Translations under genes and position numbers: made by a program | Origin: Leptospiraceae bacterium | GTDB taxonomy: Bacteria; Spirochaetota; Leptospiria; Leptospirales; Leptonemataceae | Direction: 5' to 3' | Length of the DNA: 64,000 bases | NCBI GenBank assembly: GCA_040217195.1 | Contig: JAVJNR010000005.1 | Location: 96,001 to 160,000, forward strand | The notes under the pieces: generated by a model | Told to the model about the DNA's origin: nothing | The model's database searches: none | The model's input: only the letters and a program-made list of their open reading frames with translations | Shown here: one piece after another, positions 9,509 through 19,661 of the stretch | Layout: each line of letters opens with the position of its first letter | Position numbering within the stretch: the first letter of the stretch is position 1

Positions 9509-10807
9509 TCAGGCTTTGACCGGAATCGCCACAGAATCCAGGCGGCGAATTTCATTGTAAAAGGCTTTATTGGGCACCCGGCCCCGGCCTCCAATGGAAT
9601 ATTCGGGACGCAATGCATCCACAAAACACATCGCCACATCGCCTTTACCTTTCACAGGCACCTGGCCTCTTTCCGAAGTTACAAAGTAAGGAGACAGATA
9701 TTCAGCCAGAGGAGCTGAAAGATTAATATGATGTGGCTCGCTGGTTGCTTCCAGACGACTGGCCACATTGACTGTATCACCCCAGATATCAAATGTGAAG
9801 CGACTGTTACCCACCACTCCAGCTATGACCGGTCCTTGATGGATTCCAATTCTCAGATCCCAGTGAAGCTTGCCTTTTCGGCTGCGGCTCTTTTTATAAC
9901 GTCGGATAAACTCCATCATGCGAAGAGCACAAAGTGCGATCCGTAGAGGATCCGAAGGACGCTTCTGGAATAGACCCGAGGCGCACATATAGGCATCCCC
10001 TATAGTTTTGATCTTTTCGATCTTTAATCTTTCTGAGATTCGATCAAAATGAGAAAAGCAGTAATCCAGCTCAGAAAGTAATTCCTCGGGAGCCATCTTA
10101 TCTGCGATGCTTGCGAACTGAACCATATCTGCAAAAAGCACACAGCTATCTTCTATTAGTCCAGGAGCTACTCGGCCTGTAGCTTTTAGCTCATCGGCCA
10201 CAGGTACAGGCAGGATAGTATGAAGTAAATCGTCCGCCCGACGCAACGAATCCTTCAGGGCACGATCAAAGAACTGAAAACTTTCATAGCTGAGTACCTG
10301 ATTCTGAGCAAGCAACAGATCCCGGGCTCTGGCCGGCAGTCTTTCCTGGCTCAGGGCTCGCCTCATTTCAGCCAACATCATGGTTTCTCCACCAAGAATG
10401 GACTGATAGGTAAGATTCCGATTTCGATTCAAGGCCACGGTGAGAATATCATGCATCCGATGAATCATTCTATCCCGGCTGATCCTGGTTCCTTCTTTCA
10501 GGTGGTACAATCGTGCAAGGAATAGCTGATTATAGAGCTTAAATGTGGAATCGAAATAGTCTGTTCCCCATCGACTGCGCTCCCACCAGGAGCGAAACAA
10601 ATTCCGCCTGTGCACAGCAGGTTCATCCAGTCCGGGAAAAGCTTTCTTGAGCTCCTCAATCATTGCATTGGTGAGATCTCGAAAGGAAATGCCTTCATAT
10701 GTAATATGATTCAGTAAATGCTCCGACTTGGAAAGCTCGGCTTTCAGATGTACCAGGAAATACTCCGCCAGAAGCCGGCTGGTCTGCTCTCTAAGTGGTT
10801 GGGGCAC
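9509..10807 (-). CDS. Class III adenylate cyclase (soluble, unknown N-terminal domain)
   Basis: LLHTILP..VADELK, VLFADMVQF, EKIKTIGDAYM, RIGIHQGPV, FDIWGDTVNVASRLE. The K/D specificity residues favour ATP. Confidence 0.9.
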   Translation of the reverse strand: MPQPLREQTSRLLAEYFLVHLKAELSKSEHLLNHITYEGISFRDLTNAMIEELKKAFPGLDEPAVHRRNLFRSWWERSRWGTDYFDSTFKLYNQLFLARLYHLKEGTRISRDRMIHRMHDILTVALNRNRNLTYQSILGGETMMLAEMRRALSQERLPARARDLLLAQNQVLSYESFQFFDRALKDSLRRADDLLHTILPVPVADELKATGRVAPGLIEDSCVLFADMVQFASIADKMAPEELLSELDYCFSHFDRISERLKIEKIKTIGDAYMCASGLFQKRPSDPLRIALCALRMMEFIRRYKKSRSRKGKLHWDLRIGIHQGPVIAGVVGNSRFTFDIWGDTVNVASRLEATSEPHHINLSAPLAEYLSPYFVTSERGQVPVKGKGDVAMCFVDALRPEYSIGGRGRVPNKAFYNEIRRLDSVAIPVKA

Positions 10808-10990
10808 AGGCCATTATCCGGCCAACAGGGTCAGCACTGCAAGGAAAACCGACGGGTCAGAATTGTCCCACAGAGCATGATTCAAGCGCCCCCGTGAACG
10901 GTAAACAAACTAGAAAAAGGCTGGCCTGGAGACTCCGGGTTGAATTCGCTGATCAGAGATATCCCAAGTGAGTATCTAACAGGAACATCC

Positions 10991-11305
10991 ATGCATATTG
11001 AAGTAAATACAGATCATAATATTGAAGCCAGTGATGGACTCACCAAGCACGTAGAAGAGGTAGTACAGAAAGCAATGAGTCACTTTGCTGGCCAGGTTAC
11101 CCGTGTGGAAGTGCACTTAAAGGATGAGAACGCTGGAAAATCCGGTGCTGCAGACAAACGCTGCGTAATGGAAGCAAGGATTGCCAATCATCAACCACTG
11201 GCCGCCACCCACGATGCAGATAACCTGCACGTTGCCATTGATGGTGCAGCCAGCAAAATCAAAAAAGCAGTTGAAAGCGCACTGGGAAAGATCGGCCGGA
11301 AGTAA
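10991..11305 (+). CDS. HPF/RaiA-family ribosome-associated (hibernation) protein
   Basis: MHIEVNTD...VTRVEVHLKDEN..K....DKRCVMEAR; AGGA RBS. Confidence 0.85.
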   Translation: MHIEVNTDHNIEASDGLTKHVEEVVQKAMSHFAGQVTRVEVHLKDENAGKSGAADKRCVMEARIANHQPLAATHDADNLHVAIDGAASKIKKAVESALGKIGRK

Positions 11306-11377
11306 TCGATCATAAAGTATCACCGGCTGGCTGCCATAAGTACTACCTCTGGGCAGCGGCTGGTTGATCGGCGAAAA

Positions 11378-12061
11378 CTACTGGTTAGACCGATTCAGGC
11401 TGCCGGCAAATTCCAGGAGATGCTCAAGAGTTCCGTCGGTACGAATATCCTCTATGAACCTGCGAGCAACCAACCGGCTACTATTACCGTATACCTCGGG
11501 CGCCGCACCGTAATCCTCTGACTCCAGGAACAGAAAGCCCACCCAGTTCCAGCTTGAGATCCTGGGCCCACGGTATTCATATGTGGCTACCGGATTGTCG
11601 CCCGCTAATACCAGAATCCGGTGCTCCACTTCAACGGAACCGCTAAAAGTGGGAATGGTATAAAGGGTCAGACATCCAAGCATATTGCTAAATGCCATTA
11701 CGAGCTCCCCTCCATTCTCTGGCTCCACTTCGATGTCCAGACGGAAGGGAATATCGACTCTGTCTCCGATAAATACTGCATCCACCACTCCGCTTGACTC
11801 CAGTTCTGCGGCAATAGCTCGATCCATGGATATCAAGATCGCAGAATCCATTGCATTCGAGCGAATGCCCGCCGGGAGTCTGGTCCTGATTGCCAGGGAC
11901 GGAAGCATCGGACCGTTCCACCGCACAGTTTTCACTGAATCAGCCTCCAAACGGCTCCGGATGCAACCAGAACATTGAGCGAAAATGAATGCAATAACGA
12001 TCCATTTCACGATCTTTGCTGGAAAATATGGAAGGGATCTCCTGGGAATACTATTGATCAT
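11378..12061 (-). CDS. Hypothetical (probable) lipoprotein
   Basis: Hydrophobic signal ending FAQC/SGC; internal LTLYTIP segment. Confidence 0.6.
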   Translation of the reverse strand: MINSIPRRSLPYFPAKIVKWIVIAFIFAQCSGCIRSRLEADSVKTVRWNGPMLPSLAIRTRLPAGIRSNAMDSAILISMDRAIAAELESSGVVDAVFIGDRVDIPFRLDIEVEPENGGELVMAFSNMLGCLTLYTIPTFSGSVEVEHRILVLAGDNPVATYEYRGPRISSWNWVGFLFLESEDYGAAPEVYGNSSRLVARRFIEDIRTDGTLEHLLEFAGSLNRSNQ

Positions 12062-12196
12062 TATCTGCTCTCCTAAAAATCTTTCCGCTAAAAACTCTGC
12101 TGCAGAGCGATTGTTGCGTAATCACTGTAATTTTGGAAGAAAAACCTGCTTTTCAAATTCATCCGGCGAAGCAAAATAGAGTCTTAAGGGGCTGCC

Positions 12197-12562
12197 ATGT
12201 TTGAAGTGAAGCGAATAGATAATCGTCTGGAGATCACCATGAGTGGCCGGCTGGATGCCGAAGGGATGAAGAATGCACTGGATGATCTGGAGCGAGAAGG
12301 AGCCCACATCCAGGAGGGAACTATGCTTTATGATGTGGTAGATTATCATCTACCGAATCTGGATGCAATCGTTCTGGAGTTTGCTCGACTACCTTCCATG
12401 CTCGGATTCATAGGCCGGTTTCGCAGGGCAGCTGTTTTGAGCGATCTGGATTGGTTGAAAACCATTAGCCAGGCGGAAGGATTAATGATTCCGGGAATTA
12501 CCATAAAAGGATTTAAGCGCGAAGAAAGGCAAGAAGCCCTGCAGTGGCTGGAAAAGGCCTGA
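12197..12562 (+). CDS. SpoIIAA-like (STAS/SEC14) protein
   Basis: FRRAAVLSDLDWL...IKGF....RQEALQWL. Confidence 0.8.
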   Translation: MFEVKRIDNRLEITMSGRLDAEGMKNALDDLEREGAHIQEGTMLYDVVDYHLPNLDAIVLEFARLPSMLGFIGRFRRAAVLSDLDWLKTISQAEGLMIPGITIKGFKREERQEALQWLEKA

Positions 12563-12599
12563 TACTGAACGAAATGCCTTTCATTCGCGTCCAACTGTA

Positions 12600-13436
12600 A
12601 TGTCTCGCCCACTGAGCCTGCCACAGCCTAAACTGCTCCATTTCAGCCCGCCGCAGGATCTGTCGCCTTACGTCCGCAGATTATACCTGATCGAAGCACC
12701 CAATACAGGTATCGACCAGTTTGTGCCCGCATGGACCAGCACAATGATGGTGCTACAGTATTCTGACCCGGTATATTCCAGCATCAATGGAGACCATGAA
12801 ATCGTTCCGGACATTTGTTTTAGCGGAATGGTATCTAAAAAATATGGATTCTTCACTCCAGCCAGCATGATCAAACTAATGATTGTGGAGTTTACTTCCA
12901 TTGGATTCTATTCTCTTTTTCGTGAGCAGGCCCATAGGATCACTGATATCTCTGTAGATGGCACCGATATAATCCCTGCGCGAAAACAATCCACCATAGT
13001 TGAAGCTTTGCAGGAAACCGATGATGTCTGGCGAAAGGCCAATCTGGTCTTCGATTTTCTTCGCAGCTTTATTCCTTCGAAGATCCCGGGCAAATTGCAT
13101 AACGTTCAAAATGCACTGGCAATTATGGCAGAATCCAGCTTTGGCCTGGACGTTCGCACAGTGGCCGATGAACTGGCTGTATCCGAGCGCAACCTCCGAA
13201 GATCTTTCAAGGACATTGTGGGACTATCACCCAAGATGTTTGCTCGCATTGAACGATTTACAAAACTTTTCAATACTCAGCTTTCAGGACAGAAGATCCC
13301 CTGGAGGGCGCTGAAACAGAGATCTCTGTTCTTTGACCAGGCACATATGATTCGTGACTTCAGGTCCTTCACAGGCTACAGCCCTACTCAATTACCAGCA
13401 GAAAGTTTCTTTTTATATCATGTGCTTACCCGTTGA
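12600..13436 (+). CDS. AraC-family transcriptional regulator
   Basis: VSERNLRRSFKDIVGLSPKMFARIERF and FFDQAHMIRDFRSFTGYSP HTH motifs. Confidence 0.9.
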   Translation: MSRPLSLPQPKLLHFSPPQDLSPYVRRLYLIEAPNTGIDQFVPAWTSTMMVLQYSDPVYSSINGDHEIVPDICFSGMVSKKYGFFTPASMIKLMIVEFTSIGFYSLFREQAHRITDISVDGTDIIPARKQSTIVEALQETDDVWRKANLVFDFLRSFIPSKIPGKLHNVQNALAIMAESSFGLDVRTVADELAVSERNLRRSFKDIVGLSPKMFARIERFTKLFNTQLSGQKIPWRALKQRSLFFDQAHMIRDFRSFTGYSPTQLPAESFFLYHVLTR

Positions 13437-13577
13437 TTGATGGAAGTTCGAGCAGGCGCCTCATAAATCTCTGAAAGACGATGCGGGGCTTTTTTACTGA
13501 ATCAGCGCAGGATATACTTTCTTCATCGGTCGGACCAAAAAGAGAAAGCTTAATGGTCCTATCAGACCGAACTAACC

Positions 13578-14108
13578 CTATCGTTTCCATTCGCTGATCA
13601 TCCGAAATACCCTGAGCGCAAATTCCCTGGACTCGGGATGAAATCCCAATCTCCTTCCGGGCTCCTTCGAAAGAAGCACATGATGGATAATTCCTCGCCG
13701 GGAATGGTAACGGAACATAAGAGTCCGCGAAAGGAAATGATCAAGAGCGGAATCAGAGCCTGTTGTATTGGAACCGGTTGTAAAGTCAGGATAATGATGC
13801 TGGGGAAAGATGGATATCCCCGAAGTCTGCTCGGCTATCATTTCCGAATAGACCAGGACTATTAAAAACTCATAGAGAGTTTCGTCTGTGGGCCCCTGCA
13901 CCACGAATGCACACTGGTAATCGGGAGTAGAATGAGTTCTGAGTTCCCGGGAAAGATAATCCTGGCCTGCCAGAGCCTGCGGCAACCAGATCTGCAAATT
14001 CGCGCATAGTCGCTTCTGCTCACTATTGGCACCACAGCCAATGCCAGACGCCAGAAGACAACACAGGACTGTCAGGCTGCAACCAAATCGGTACCCATTA
14101 GACCTCAT
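13578..14108 (-). CDS. Hypothetical exported protein/lipoprotein
   Basis: N-terminal hydrophobic stretch ending GIGC; start uncertain. Confidence 0.5.
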   Translation of the reverse strand: MRSNGYRFGCSLTVLCCLLASGIGCGANSEQKRLCANLQIWLPQALAGQDYLSRELRTHSTPDYQCAFVVQGPTDETLYEFLIVLVYSEMIAEQTSGISIFPQHHYPDFTTGSNTTGSDSALDHFLSRTLMFRYHSRRGIIHHVLLSKEPGRRLGFHPESREFALRVFRMISEWKR

Positions 14109-14252
14109 TGCCCCAACGACTCTTCTGAGCCCGGCGAAGGCGCGGTGCTTACAAGGCAAACCAGCGCCGCATCCACTGGATTACGATTCCTGGCATTACA
14201 AGAGCCATCCCTGCGCAGCCAGGTCATCATTCAGTAATTCTCCAGCAGGTCC

Positions 14253-15008
14253 TTACTTCAAATTCGGATGCGCTTCAAATAGAGGCTGGAACCTTTCATC
14301 CGCCGAATCTAGATTCGAATGCATCTGCACTTGATCGATGACTATCGTCAATATTCCCAGAACCGATCTGGTTTCGGCAACGGTCACTCCAGGCTCATGG
14401 GTTTTGTAACTATCAAATTCTGCATCCGCCCCTTCAATAGGTATAATGCTTACCCACATCTCCATAAGTTGAATCTGATTCTTCTCGTTCAGATGAAAGA
14501 CGTAAGTATCCCCCGGAGTTACTCCTCCACTACTAAAAGTGACGCGTAAAGTGGAGCCATCCACAGCATAGAGTTCTGTTCCCGGAGATTGAATATGGTA
14601 AGCTGGCTGCAGCCAGAAGGAATCGTTTACAAAATTACTGTTAGCTTCAGCAATAGCCTCCGCCAGCTCTTCACTCTGTAATGCTTCCCCATCTTTCCAG
14701 GCCACTCCCTGAAATGTATTCTTGGAGAATTGCACCTTTAGCTCGCCGTTATTAAATTCCACCAGCCCACGCTTCTTGTCCCAGAAGTAGCTATTCTTTT
14801 CGCGAAAGCGAAACTCTACAGCTTCTACTTTTTCATTCCAGGTTTTCAGATTGGCTGCACTGAGCATTTTCTGAGCCAGGGCATCCGCTGGATCTCCCTT
14901 CTCGCCTTCCGGTATGCTCTGGCAGGAGGCAACTACCAGAGCCAGGGCAATGGCGCCTGCCTTTGCGATGATGGATACCCCATCAAAATGTGAATCTTTC
15001 TTTTCCAT
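14253..15008 (-). CDS. Conserved hypothetical lipoprotein
   Basis: Lipobox VASC; FVNDSFWL, GGVTPGDTY, MWVSIIP motifs; AAGGAG RBS. Confidence 0.75.
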   Translation of the reverse strand: MEKKDSHFDGVSIIAKAGAIALALVVASCQSIPEGEKGDPADALAQKMLSAANLKTWNEKVEAVEFRFREKNSYFWDKKRGLVEFNNGELKVQFSKNTFQGVAWKDGEALQSEELAEAIAEANSNFVNDSFWLQPAYHIQSPGTELYAVDGSTLRVTFSSGGVTPGDTYVFHLNEKNQIQLMEMWVSIIPIEGADAEFDSYKTHEPGVTVAETRSVLGILTIVIDQVQMHSNLDSADERFQPLFEAHPNLK

Positions 15009-15193
15009 GATTGCTCCTTGTTAATAGTTCCAGTTGTGATTCAGCAATCCGGTTGTGGCCCGAGTCCTGAATAAGCAGAAGGGAAACCATTAATCTGGCT
15101 TCCCTTCTCACTGGCCGTCCGGCTCTTATCTATATTTTGCATTCAACCAGTTGGCCTTGCCCCGTTACCGCTATGCTCAGCCACGGGCAAGGA

Positions 15194-15745
15194 TCAACCC
15201 TGTTCGGTTTCTCGAGAACTTCCGTCTTCGCAGATAACCTTTCGCTGCTCCAGAACGCATTCCTTCTGAGTCCCTTCCACAATTAGAATTCCTTTTCCAG
15301 AAGCTCCATCCTGGGCGAACTCGCCTTTGAAGATGGCTCCATCCTTCTTCCAGACGTATTCTCCCTGACCACCGCGAACCCCTTCCCGGAATTCTCCGTT
15401 GTAAACATCGCCATTGGCAAATGTATAGGTGCCTTCGCCTGTTCGCTTATCGGCAACATAGGGCCCTTTGTAGATATCGCCATTTTCGTACATCATGGCA
15501 CCGGAGCCGTCCCGAAGACCATTTTTGAATCCGCCAATGTATTTATCTCCGGTATTGTATACGTAGGTTCCGGTTCCGTTTACACAGTCCCCTTCGACAC
15601 AGCCAGTCAGGCCATCACCGCTGGTTCTTTCTGTAGGCGTGGGTGCCTCATCGGTGCTTTGTCCGGAGCTGCATTGCACAAGTAATAGCGCACCGCAGAG
15701 CAACGCCAGAGTGTAGATAGATGTACTGATTTTTCTTTTTATCAT
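15194..15745 (-). CDS. MORN-repeat lipoprotein
   Basis: Lipobox LVQC; CVEGDCVNG followed by four YxGxF..G.R.G.G repeats. Confidence 0.9.
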   Translation of the reverse strand: MIKRKISTSIYTLALLCGALLLVQCSSGQSTDEAPTPTERTSGDGLTGCVEGDCVNGTGTYVYNTGDKYIGGFKNGLRDGSGAMMYENGDIYKGPYVADKRTGEGTYTFANGDVYNGEFREGVRGGQGEYVWKKDGAIFKGEFAQDGASGKGILIVEGTQKECVLEQRKVICEDGSSRETEQG

Positions 15746-15814
15746 AATTTCTGAATTCCTGGTCGCAGTATGTCCTTTACGGAGGCCCCATTCAACGCTT
15801 TTTTGGACACGGTT

Positions 15815-16612
15815 ATGAAAAAAATCCCTGCAGGATTCCTCATCCTATTCCTTTTGCCTATTTCTCTCCATGCAGAAAAGACCAGACAGCCAGAAGGAGT
15901 GGGAATCGATCAAAAGCTTTCCTCACCCATCGCTCTGGACACCAGGTTCTACAATGAAGAGGGCAAACAGGTGGAACTGTCTTCATTCTTTGATAGCGAC
16001 CGAAGACCTGTAATCATCGCACCTGCCTTTTTCGAGTGTGCAATGCTCTGCACGGCAGTATTTGATGGTATTAGTCGGGTTATGACTCAGTTAGCAGATA
16101 AAGGTCTGAAAGCCGGAGAGGACTACAGGGTACTGTCGGTAAGTTTTGACCCGGAAGATACACCCGCCATGGCCAGAAACAAAGGGAATTTGTATCGATC
16201 TACAGTCAAAAACCAGAAAGTGGGACCGGAAGGATGGCATTTCCTTACCGGAACCCAGGACAACATCAAACCGTTAATGGATTCCATGGGTTATCGCTAT
16301 AAGCCGGATGGGAAGGTGCGGTACAGTCATCCGGCAGCTATCATGCTCATCACACCGGCCGGTGAAATGTCCCGATATCTATTTGGCATTGAATTTGATC
16401 CCACAGATTTAAGATTATCGCTCGTAGAAGCTTCCAGTGGAAAGATCGGAACCCTCACAGATGCATTCCTACTCACCTGTTTCCGTTTCGATCCACAAAA
16501 AGGAAAGTATACTCCATTCGCCATGGGCTTCATGCAGATTGGAGGTCTCCTTATATTCTTTTTCCTCGTTGGGCTCGTACTTTTTCTCTATCTGAGGGAA
16601 AGAAATACTTGA
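15815..16612 (+). CDS. sco: SCO-family copper chaperone
   Basis: CAMLC (CxxxC), YSHP His ligand, C-terminal TM; first gene of the cox operon. Confidence 0.9.
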   Translation: MKKIPAGFLILFLLPISLHAEKTRQPEGVGIDQKLSSPIALDTRFYNEEGKQVELSSFFDSDRRPVIIAPAFFECAMLCTAVFDGISRVMTQLADKGLKAGEDYRVLSVSFDPEDTPAMARNKGNLYRSTVKNQKVGPEGWHFLTGTQDNIKPLMDSMGYRYKPDGKVRYSHPAAIMLITPAGEMSRYLFGIEFDPTDLRLSLVEASSGKIGTLTDAFLLTCFRFDPQKGKYTPFAMGFMQIGGLLIFFFLVGLVLFLYLRERNT

Positions 16613-16656
16613 GCCAATGATTTGAGACAGAATCCTGGAGAAAAAGGTAGGGAAAG

Positions 16657-17727
16657 ATGCTCGAGTGGTTTTTAGATAACGGTTCCAATCATGCTCCGAA
16701 TACGAACTTCGCCATGGACCTGGTGAACTTAATAGTTGTTATCTCATTTGTTCTTACGAACGCAGCTTTAGTTTACTTTATTATCCGCTATCGTCGTCGC
16801 GGACCGAACGATGTTACCTCCAGAAAAGCAAATTCGCATACCATCGAAGTAATCTGGACTACCATTCCCTCAATCGTATTTCTAATTCTGTATATCATTG
16901 GCATTCAAGGATTCATGGCCCTCCGCGCCGTAGCCCCGGATGCTCGAGAGATCAATGTATGGGGCAAGCAATGGGCCTGGGAATTCCAGTATCCGGCCAG
17001 TCTCCGTGAAGATCAAAGCAAGAAGAGTCCTCTAAAAAGCTACAACAAGCTTTACCTGGAAGCCAATAAGCCAGTGAAGCTAATCATGAAATCTCAGGAT
17101 GTGATTCATAGCTTTTCGGTACCTGCCTTTCGAGTCAAAGAGGATGTGGTAGGTCATATCTACACATATGTAACATTTACTCCGCTGATCAGCCCTCGTC
17201 AGAAAGCCATGACTGCAGAAGAACGGAATGAACGCAGTGCCCTGGCTCCAGGACAGGAAGATAAGATCCCTCAAATGGCGGATGAATGCGTAAACTACGA
17301 GCCCGGCCAATGCGCGGCTTACAATGTTTATTGCACTGAATACTGTGGAAACGATCACAGCTATATGCTGGCCAAAGCAGTTGTCCTTACTCCGGAGCTG
17401 TTTCAGAAAAAGATGGGAGAGCTGGAAGAAGCTTCCAACAATATCACTGCAGAACAGGGGCAGCAACTCTACAACAGCGCTGGATGTAAATCCTGCCACA
17501 GTGTAGATGGCTCCCGACAGGTAGGACCCTCTTTCAAAGGTCTTTTTGGAACCGAACGGGCCTTCGAAGATGGTAGCACAGCTACGGCTGATGAGAACTA
17601 CATCAAGGAATCCATCCTGAATCCGGAAGCAAAGATCCGAGAAGGCTTTGGCAATCTAATGCCGGCCCAGAACCTGAGCGATGAGCAGATTGAATCGATC
17701 ATCCTCTATATGAAGACACTGAAATAA
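16657..17727 (+). CDS. coxB: Cytochrome c oxidase subunit II with fused cytochrome c (caa3 type)
   Basis: IEVIWT, DVIHSF, CuA motif CTEYCGNDHSYM, haem c motif CKSCH. Confidence 0.95.
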   Translation: MLEWFLDNGSNHAPNTNFAMDLVNLIVVISFVLTNAALVYFIIRYRRRGPNDVTSRKANSHTIEVIWTTIPSIVFLILYIIGIQGFMALRAVAPDAREINVWGKQWAWEFQYPASLREDQSKKSPLKSYNKLYLEANKPVKLIMKSQDVIHSFSVPAFRVKEDVVGHIYTYVTFTPLISPRQKAMTAEERNERSALAPGQEDKIPQMADECVNYEPGQCAAYNVYCTEYCGNDHSYMLAKAVVLTPELFQKKMGELEEASNNITAEQGQQLYNSAGCKSCHSVDGSRQVGPSFKGLFGTERAFEDGSTATADENYIKESILNPEAKIREGFGNLMPAQNLSDEQIESIILYMKTLK

Positions 17728-17832
17728 TACCGATTTGGGGAATTGATCTACCAAGCATCGTTCTTCGAACAAAAAATTGAACCGAGATCCAGCCCAGGTT
17801 GGATTTCAGTTAGAGTAGGAAAAGGAAAGAAT

Positions 17833-19467
17833 ATGGGACACGCAGCGGATGCAACACCCTACCTGCAGGTAGGAAGAACTTTCTGGGGTTGGGCAACCAC
17901 CACCGACCACAAGAAAATTGGAATCATGTTCCTGTTTACCATTATGACGTTCTTCGCAGTAGCGGGAGTGTCAGCTTTGCTGGTAAGACTGGAACTAATC
18001 GCTCCGGGACCTACGTTTTTTACTCCGCATACCTACAATGTGCTCTTTACCCTTCATGGCGCTGTGATGACCTTTTTATTCATTGTGCCGGGAATCCCTT
18101 CTACCATCGGTAACTTCATACTTCCGCTGCTTATCGGTGCCAAGGATGTGGCTTTCCCCAGACTGAACCTGGCTTCTTTCTATGTTTATCTAATCGGAGC
18201 CATCGTGGCTCTGATCTCTCTTCTAAGCCCGGCAGATACAGGCTGGACTTTCTACGCTCCCTACTCCATGCGAATCAATAACCTGGTGATTTTTCTCACA
18301 CTGGGTGCATTTATCATGGGATTTTCTTCTATTATGACTGGTTTCAATTTCATTGTTACCATTCATCGTATGCGAGCTCCCAACCTTACCTGGGGCCGAC
18401 TGCCTCTGATGGTCTGGTCCACCTATGCCACGGCCCTGATTCAGGTTCTGGCCACTCCTGTAGTTGGTATGACTCTGGTACTTCTAATTCTGGAAAGAAC
18501 TCTGGATATTGGAATTTTCGACCCGGCCAAAGGCGGGGATCCGATTCTTTTTGAAAACTTCTTCTGGTTCTATTCACATCCAGTTGTTTACATCATGATT
18601 CTGCCTGCTTTCGGTGTAATCGGTGAGATTCTGCCGGTGTTTTCTCGACGCCCAATCTTCGGTTATAAGGCAATTGCCTATTCTTCCCTGGCCATTGCTC
18701 TGGTATCATTCATTGTTTGGGGACACCACCTTCTAGTTTCCGGGATGTCCGACTGGTCTCGATGGGTGTTTTCCTTCCTTACCTTCTTTGTTGCAGTTCC
18801 TACGGCCATTAAGGTCTTTAACTGGATTGCAACTCTATGGAAAGGCTCGGTGGATTATAAAGCGGCTCCTATGTATTATGCACTGAGCTTTGTATTCATG
18901 TTCACCATCGCGGGATTGACAGGGATTCACCTGGCGGTCCTGAACACAGACGTTCTACTGCACGATGGCTACTTCGTAGTGGCTCACTTCCATTATACCA
19001 TGCAGGGCGGAACTGTGGTAGCGCTGATGGCAGCCCTGCATTACTGGTTTCCCAAGATCACAGGCCGAATGTATAATAAGCCCTGGGCTTTCATTGGCTG
19101 GCTTACTTTATTCTTTGGCTTCAACCTGACCTTCTTGCCGCAGTTCGTTCTGGGTCTGGAGGGTATGCCCCGTCGCTATTTTGACTATATGCCCATCTAC
19201 CATTCCTGGCATCTCATTTCTACGGTGGGATCCTGGTTCAATGGTGGTGCCTATGTTATCATTCTTGTTAACCTGCTAGTATGTGCCTGGAAAGGCGAAA
19301 AGGCAAGCGCCAATCCCTGGGATTCGCATTCCCTGGAATGGCATACTAGCTCGCCGCCTCCTACAACCAACTTCATAGAGATCCCCACATTCCCGGACGA
19401 TGTCTATGATTATGGAACGGAAGGAAGACCCGCTCAGCAGCCAGCTGCAGAGAAAGAGGTAGGTTAA
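17833..19467 (+). CDS. coxA: Cytochrome c oxidase subunit I (A2 family)
   Basis: TTDHKKIG, FWFYSHPVVY, WGHH, VVAHFHY, GMPRR; AAGGA RBS before ATG 17833. Confidence 0.97.
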   Translation: MGHAADATPYLQVGRTFWGWATTTDHKKIGIMFLFTIMTFFAVAGVSALLVRLELIAPGPTFFTPHTYNVLFTLHGAVMTFLFIVPGIPSTIGNFILPLLIGAKDVAFPRLNLASFYVYLIGAIVALISLLSPADTGWTFYAPYSMRINNLVIFLTLGAFIMGFSSIMTGFNFIVTIHRMRAPNLTWGRLPLMVWSTYATALIQVLATPVVGMTLVLLILERTLDIGIFDPAKGGDPILFENFFWFYSHPVVYIMILPAFGVIGEILPVFSRRPIFGYKAIAYSSLAIALVSFIVWGHHLLVSGMSDWSRWVFSFLTFFVAVPTAIKVFNWIATLWKGSVDYKAAPMYYALSFVFMFTIAGLTGIHLAVLNTDVLLHDGYFVVAHFHYTMQGGTVVALMAALHYWFPKITGRMYNKPWAFIGWLTLFFGFNLTFLPQFVLGLEGMPRRYFDYMPIYHSWHLISTVGSWFNGGAYVIILVNLLVCAWKGEKASANPWDSHSLEWHTSSPPPTTNFIEIPTFPDDVYDYGTEGRPAQQPAAEKEVG

Positions 19468-19478
19468 GGGATAGAACT

Positions 19479-19632
19479 GGTCAGGACTGCACTTTAGCGG
19501 TCCTGACTATGGACCATCTGCCGAGTGCCCTTGCTACAAAGGAAGGTTCAGAAAGCTCGGATAGTCCATTGATCTTCGGGTCATCAAGAAATATAGCCAC
19601 TGGCTCTGGGAAAGATAAATGTCAGGCCAGTG
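19479..19632 (+). promoter_or_regulatory. Intra-operon structured RNA element (four adjacent stem-loops)
   Basis: Stems 19479-19508, 19509-19569, 19570-19583 (cUUCGg tetraloop) and 19598-19632. Confidence 0.5.
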
Positions 19633-19661
19633 ATTTTACTATCAGGTAAGGAATTAGAAAC

